Assembly (NCBI GenBank): GCA_012295275.1
Contig: CM022665.1
Coordinates: forward strand, 40,486,001-40,550,000
Source: Chrysomallon squamiferum
Taxonomy: Eukaryota; Animalia; Mollusca
Length of the DNA: 64,000 nucleotides
Direction: 5' to 3'
Shown here: piece after piece, positions 60,018 through 64,000 of the stretch
How the letters are laid out: every line of letters begins with the position of its first letter
How positions within the stretch are numbered: position 1 is the first letter of the stretch
The notes under the pieces: model-generated
The model's database searches: none
The model's input: only the letters and a program-made list of their open reading frames with translations
What the model was told of the DNA's origin: nothing
Program-made: the position numbers and the translations under genes

Positions 60018-62370
60018 TACACATGGAATCAAGCCCATTTTTCAAAACCAGCAAATAACAGAAATGGTTGGTGATCCAAATGAAAGTTCTATACTTGTCA
60101 ATGGTATTTCTACTAAAGCTCTGTTAGATACTGGTTCTACAGTTTCAACAATTTCTGAAGGTTTTTATAACAAGCATTTTTCTGATACACCTCTCAAATC
60201 TCTTGATACTATTTTAAACGTTGAATGTGCCGATGGTAAGCTTTTACCGTATCATGGGTATATTGAAGTTGAACTGCAAGGGACAGGCAGTATTTCCTCT
60301 CCTTTGCTTAGCATTTTGTTAGTTGTACCAAATAGTAAGTACAATTCTTCTGTCCCATTACTTCTTGGTACTAACGTTCTCTCTCATTTTATGAATCAGT
60401 GCAAGAAAACATATGGTATCAGATTTCTACAAAAAGCTAATCTTCATACCCCTTGGTATCTGTCTTTTAGATGTTTAACATTACAGCAAAAAGAATTGGA
60501 GAAAAACCATTTTATTCTTGGTAAGGTGAAGAGTGCAGAATGCAAAAGAGTGGTGATTCCTGCCAACATTGAAATCACGCTGCGTGGTGTTGTTGATAAA
60601 CCTCTTCCCTATAGATGTACTTGGGCTATGACTGCACCCACCAAGGGTTCCGTTATTCCGGATGACTTAGACATCGCTCCAAGTTTATTCAGCTACAAGT
60701 ATGACAATAAAAAGAAATTGTTTGAGTTAGACATTCACATTTCCAATGTGACAACTCGTGCAATATCCGTTCCCTCACGTGCCATTATTTGTGAAATACA
60801 AGCTGTTGAAATTGAAGATATTCCTGAGATGAAAGAGACAACAACTTCAAAAGATTTTTCTGTTTTAGATATGTTGAATTTTGGAGATTGTTGTTTAGTA
60901 CCTGAAGAATTAGAACAGGGAAAACAGGTCATTTCTTCTTTTTCAGATATTTTCTCAACAGGTGGTCTAGATGTAGGTCATACCACAGCGGTACACCATC
61001 GAATTGAGTTAGACGATGAAACGCCCTTTAAGCAGCGACATAGACGTATACCACCCGCAATGTACCAGGAGGTCAAGGATTATTTACAACAGTTGTTGGC
61101 CGGTGGCATCATTAGACATTCTCATTCTCCTTGGTCTTCAAACGTGGTATTAGCTCGCAAGAAAAATGGTAAACTCAGGATGTGTGTAGATTATAGACAG
61201 CTGAATTCGAAAACCGTTAAAGATTCTTACTCTCTTCCAAGAATTGAGGAGATGTTTGATGCTTTGACGGGTGCAAAATATTTTTCAACTTTAGACATGA
61301 AGAGTGGATACCACCAGGTTGAAATTGAAGAAACCCACAAGGAAAGAACTGTATTTACTGTTGGACCTTTAGGATTTTACGAATACAATCGTATGCCCTT
61401 TGGGTTATGCAACAGTCCAGCAACATATCAACGGTTGATGAATGATACCTTTGAGGGACTTCATCTCAAGTCATGTTTGATTTATTTGGATGATATTTTA
61501 ATATTTTCCAAAACGTATGATGAACATCTTGATCGCTTGTCCCAAGTATTTCAGCGAGTTCGAGAATCAGGTTTGAAGTTAACAACAGAGAAGTGTTCCT
61601 TTTTCAAAAACAAAATAAATTTTCTTGGACATGTAATTTCTAAGGCTGGGATAGAAGCCGATCCTGATAAAGTTGAGAAGATTATCAATTGGCCAAAGCC
61701 AACTAACCCTAATGAGGTTAGGCAATTTTTGGGGTTCGCTGGCTATTATAGAAAATTTGTTAAGGATTTTGCGAAGGTAGCTAGACCTTTGACATCCTTA
61801 ATGCCTCACACCAGGCCACAATCCAAGAAGAACGAACTCCGCAAACCTTGGACATGGGGGCCCAGTCAAGAGGTAGCTTTTCAGCAACTGAAAGAAATCT
61901 TATCTTCGCCTCCCATTCTTGGGTATCCTGATTACAGTAAACCGTTTGAATTGCACATTGATGCAAGTTCACATGGTCTTGGTGCTGTGCTTTATCAAGA
62001 AAATGACGGGATGAAGCATGTCATTAGCTATGCCAGTAGAAGTCTCAGTAAGTCTGAAGCCAATTATTCAGCTCATCGGTTAGAATTTCTTGCTTTAAAA
62101 TAGGCTATAAGTGAGAAATATCATGAATATCTGTATGGAAACAAGTTTACGGTGCTGACCGATAACAACCCGCTAACATATGTACTCACATCGGCAAAGT
62201 TGGATGCCACGGGTCACAGATGGCTAGCAGCACTTGCATCATACGATTTTAACATCTTTTACCGACCTGGGTTAAACAACGCTGATGCTGATTCTTTATC
62301 CAGACTACCTGGTTCATCAGAACATACCGAAATATCGGCAGACACAGTTAGAGCTGTATGTGGTGTTTTG
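59977..62370 (+). pseudogene. pol: Gypsy Pol: aspartic protease, RT, RNase H (premature TAG at 62101; truncated before integrase)
   Basis: Motifs ALLDTGS, RMCVDYRQLN, RMPFGL, YLDD, HIDAS, TDNNPL, ADSLSR. Confidence 0.92.
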
Positions 62371-62385
62371 AACTCGATTTCTTTG

Positions 62386-64000
62386 AAATGTTCAACAAAG
62401 AACTAGTACAACAAACAAATTCAACACTAGTCGGTGTGAAAATGTGGAGAAAGCCAAATTACTGGACCACACTGACATTTAACAGAAAACTAATAAACAC
62501 AACCATCACCATTGATGGGTACAAATACACACTGGCAGAAATGAGGCCGCAGTTGCCAAAGTGCGGCCACTGTCAGAAATGGGGGCACATCACAAACCAG
62601 TGCTCCCACAGACACAACCCGAAACACTTAACGTGTAGTTTCTGTGGTGGAAATCACCACAGAAACTCAGGCCTATGCCGGTCTCTGGCAAAATGCGCAA
62701 ATTGCCAGGGGCCACACGAATCACACTACAAGATGTGCCCAGCAAAAATGAAAGCAACGAACAATTTTGAGCACAATAGGAGAGATAACAAAATTTTAGA
62801 AAACGTCAACAAAAAATGCCAGAAGATCGAACAAAAAACTAAAACCATTATAGAAACAAAAATTGATCAACACAACAACAAACCTTAAGACAATCTCGAC
62901 AAGGAGGTCAGGATCGCAGAAATCCACAAAATTATTGTCTGCCTCCTGATTGAGCTTCAGAACATCAGGACCAATAAAGGAAACACAAATGATGACGCCA
63001 ATTTTGAGCAGACAGTAGCCCAGATAATTGAAGACAGCTTGGGCTTCAAGATCGACACACATGACAAAAGAGTAAAATTACACACAGACAGGAGAAATCC
63101 TACAAACACAAAACAAAACAAACAGTAACAACCATTTACAAACTGTTCACGACAAGCACGCCAAGAACACAGGTCTCTCCGTTCTTCAATGGAACGCCAA
63201 AGGCCTTCACTCAACAGGCCACGGAGACGAACTACTACACTTCCTGGCCTCCACTACAAACACACCGGACATAATATGTATTCAAGAAACATGGCTGGGA
63301 AATTTCAACAAAAACAACAAAAACCTTTACGGTCCCCGGGTACCAAAGTCATTACGTCAACAGATACAACAGCACCCGGGGAGGCATCATGACTCTCGTC
63401 AAACAAGACATTCCACACACCAAGCTGAACCAAGCCAAAGTTCACGCCAACACAGAAATACTAAGCATCACAATACACAACAACAATCAAAACATCGACA
63501 TCATTAACGTATACAGCCCACCCACTCCCGCTCAACACACCATTCAAACCCAGGATTTAAACAAAATGATCACAACAAAGAACAAGGTCATTATAGTGGG
63601 CGATTTCAACTGCCACAACACCCTATGGGGTGGCTCGACAGACGACAGCCCTGGAATCGTCCTCGAAGATTTCCTAGAACAAAACCAGCTGGTCTGTTTG
63701 AACGACGGAACATTCACATACACTAGCGACATCAATGGTGGCCAAACCGCCATTGATGTAACATTCACAAGCAAGGACATCGCAGCACTCTCCGAATGGC
63801 AAGTGCTCGATGAGCTAAACAGCGACCACCACCCGATACTCACCAACTACAACAGCAAGAACACCTTCTCGGACAGATCCATCTTCACACCGAAATGGAA
63901 CTTCAACAAAGCGGACTGCGAAGGCTTCTACAAAGCATGCAGAAACATCAACACGCAGAACTCCAACGACATCGACGCCTACTGCGCATCACTCACCAAC
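62386..64000 (+). mobile_element. I-group LINE continued: ORF1 C-terminus with three zinc knuckles (to 62888) and ORF2 APE endonuclease (from ~63170, frameshifted, runs off the window)
   Basis: Knuckles CGHCQKWGHITNQC, CSFCGGNHHRNSGLC, CANCQGPHESHYKMC. EN motifs LQWNAKGL, ICIQETWL, INVYSP, VGDFNCH, IDVTF, SDHHPI, then WNFNKAD. Confidence 0.88.

Larger units (their letters stand above)
58101..62385 (+). mobile_element. Ty3/Gypsy LTR retrotransposon fragment (partial 5' LTR, PBS, gag, pol to the end of RNase H; no integrase or 3' LTR)
   Basis: Gag CCHC knuckle, PR-RT-RH domain order, abrupt composition change at both ends. Confidence 0.9.

Overview
AT-rich eukaryotic (probably invertebrate animal) DNA in three parts. 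(1) 1-2.9 kb: unique or low-complexity flank with microsatellites. (2) ~2.9-48.35 kb: a head-to-tail tandem array of ~770-bp units, each with a U6 snRNA gene, upstream TATA box and oligo-T terminator. I count 40 units: 37 intact, 2 split and 1 present only as its 3' part. Three near-identical copies of a Tx1-clade (L1-group) non-LTR retrotransposon sit at the same U6 site. The two clean copies are ~5.35 kb, start after U6 nt 37 and have a (AAAA)TTGGAACG target-site duplication. This is a U6-specific retrotransposon. (3) 48.35-64 kb: a patchwork of truncated mobile or viral fragments, all coding on the + strand. It contains a diverged, off-target copy of the same Tx1 family, an endogenous parvovirus-like element with three NS1/Rep copies (HUH + SF3 helicase), and an I-group LINE interrupted by a Gypsy gag-pol fragment. 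In two diverged copies the NS1 stop (TGA-CTC) is followed in frame by a conserved ~121-codon extension with no shared start ATG, a readthrough candidate. The many short minus-strand ORFs in the array are spurious. Many frameshifts and one mosaic segment (~17.99-18.4 kb) look like sequencing or assembly error.
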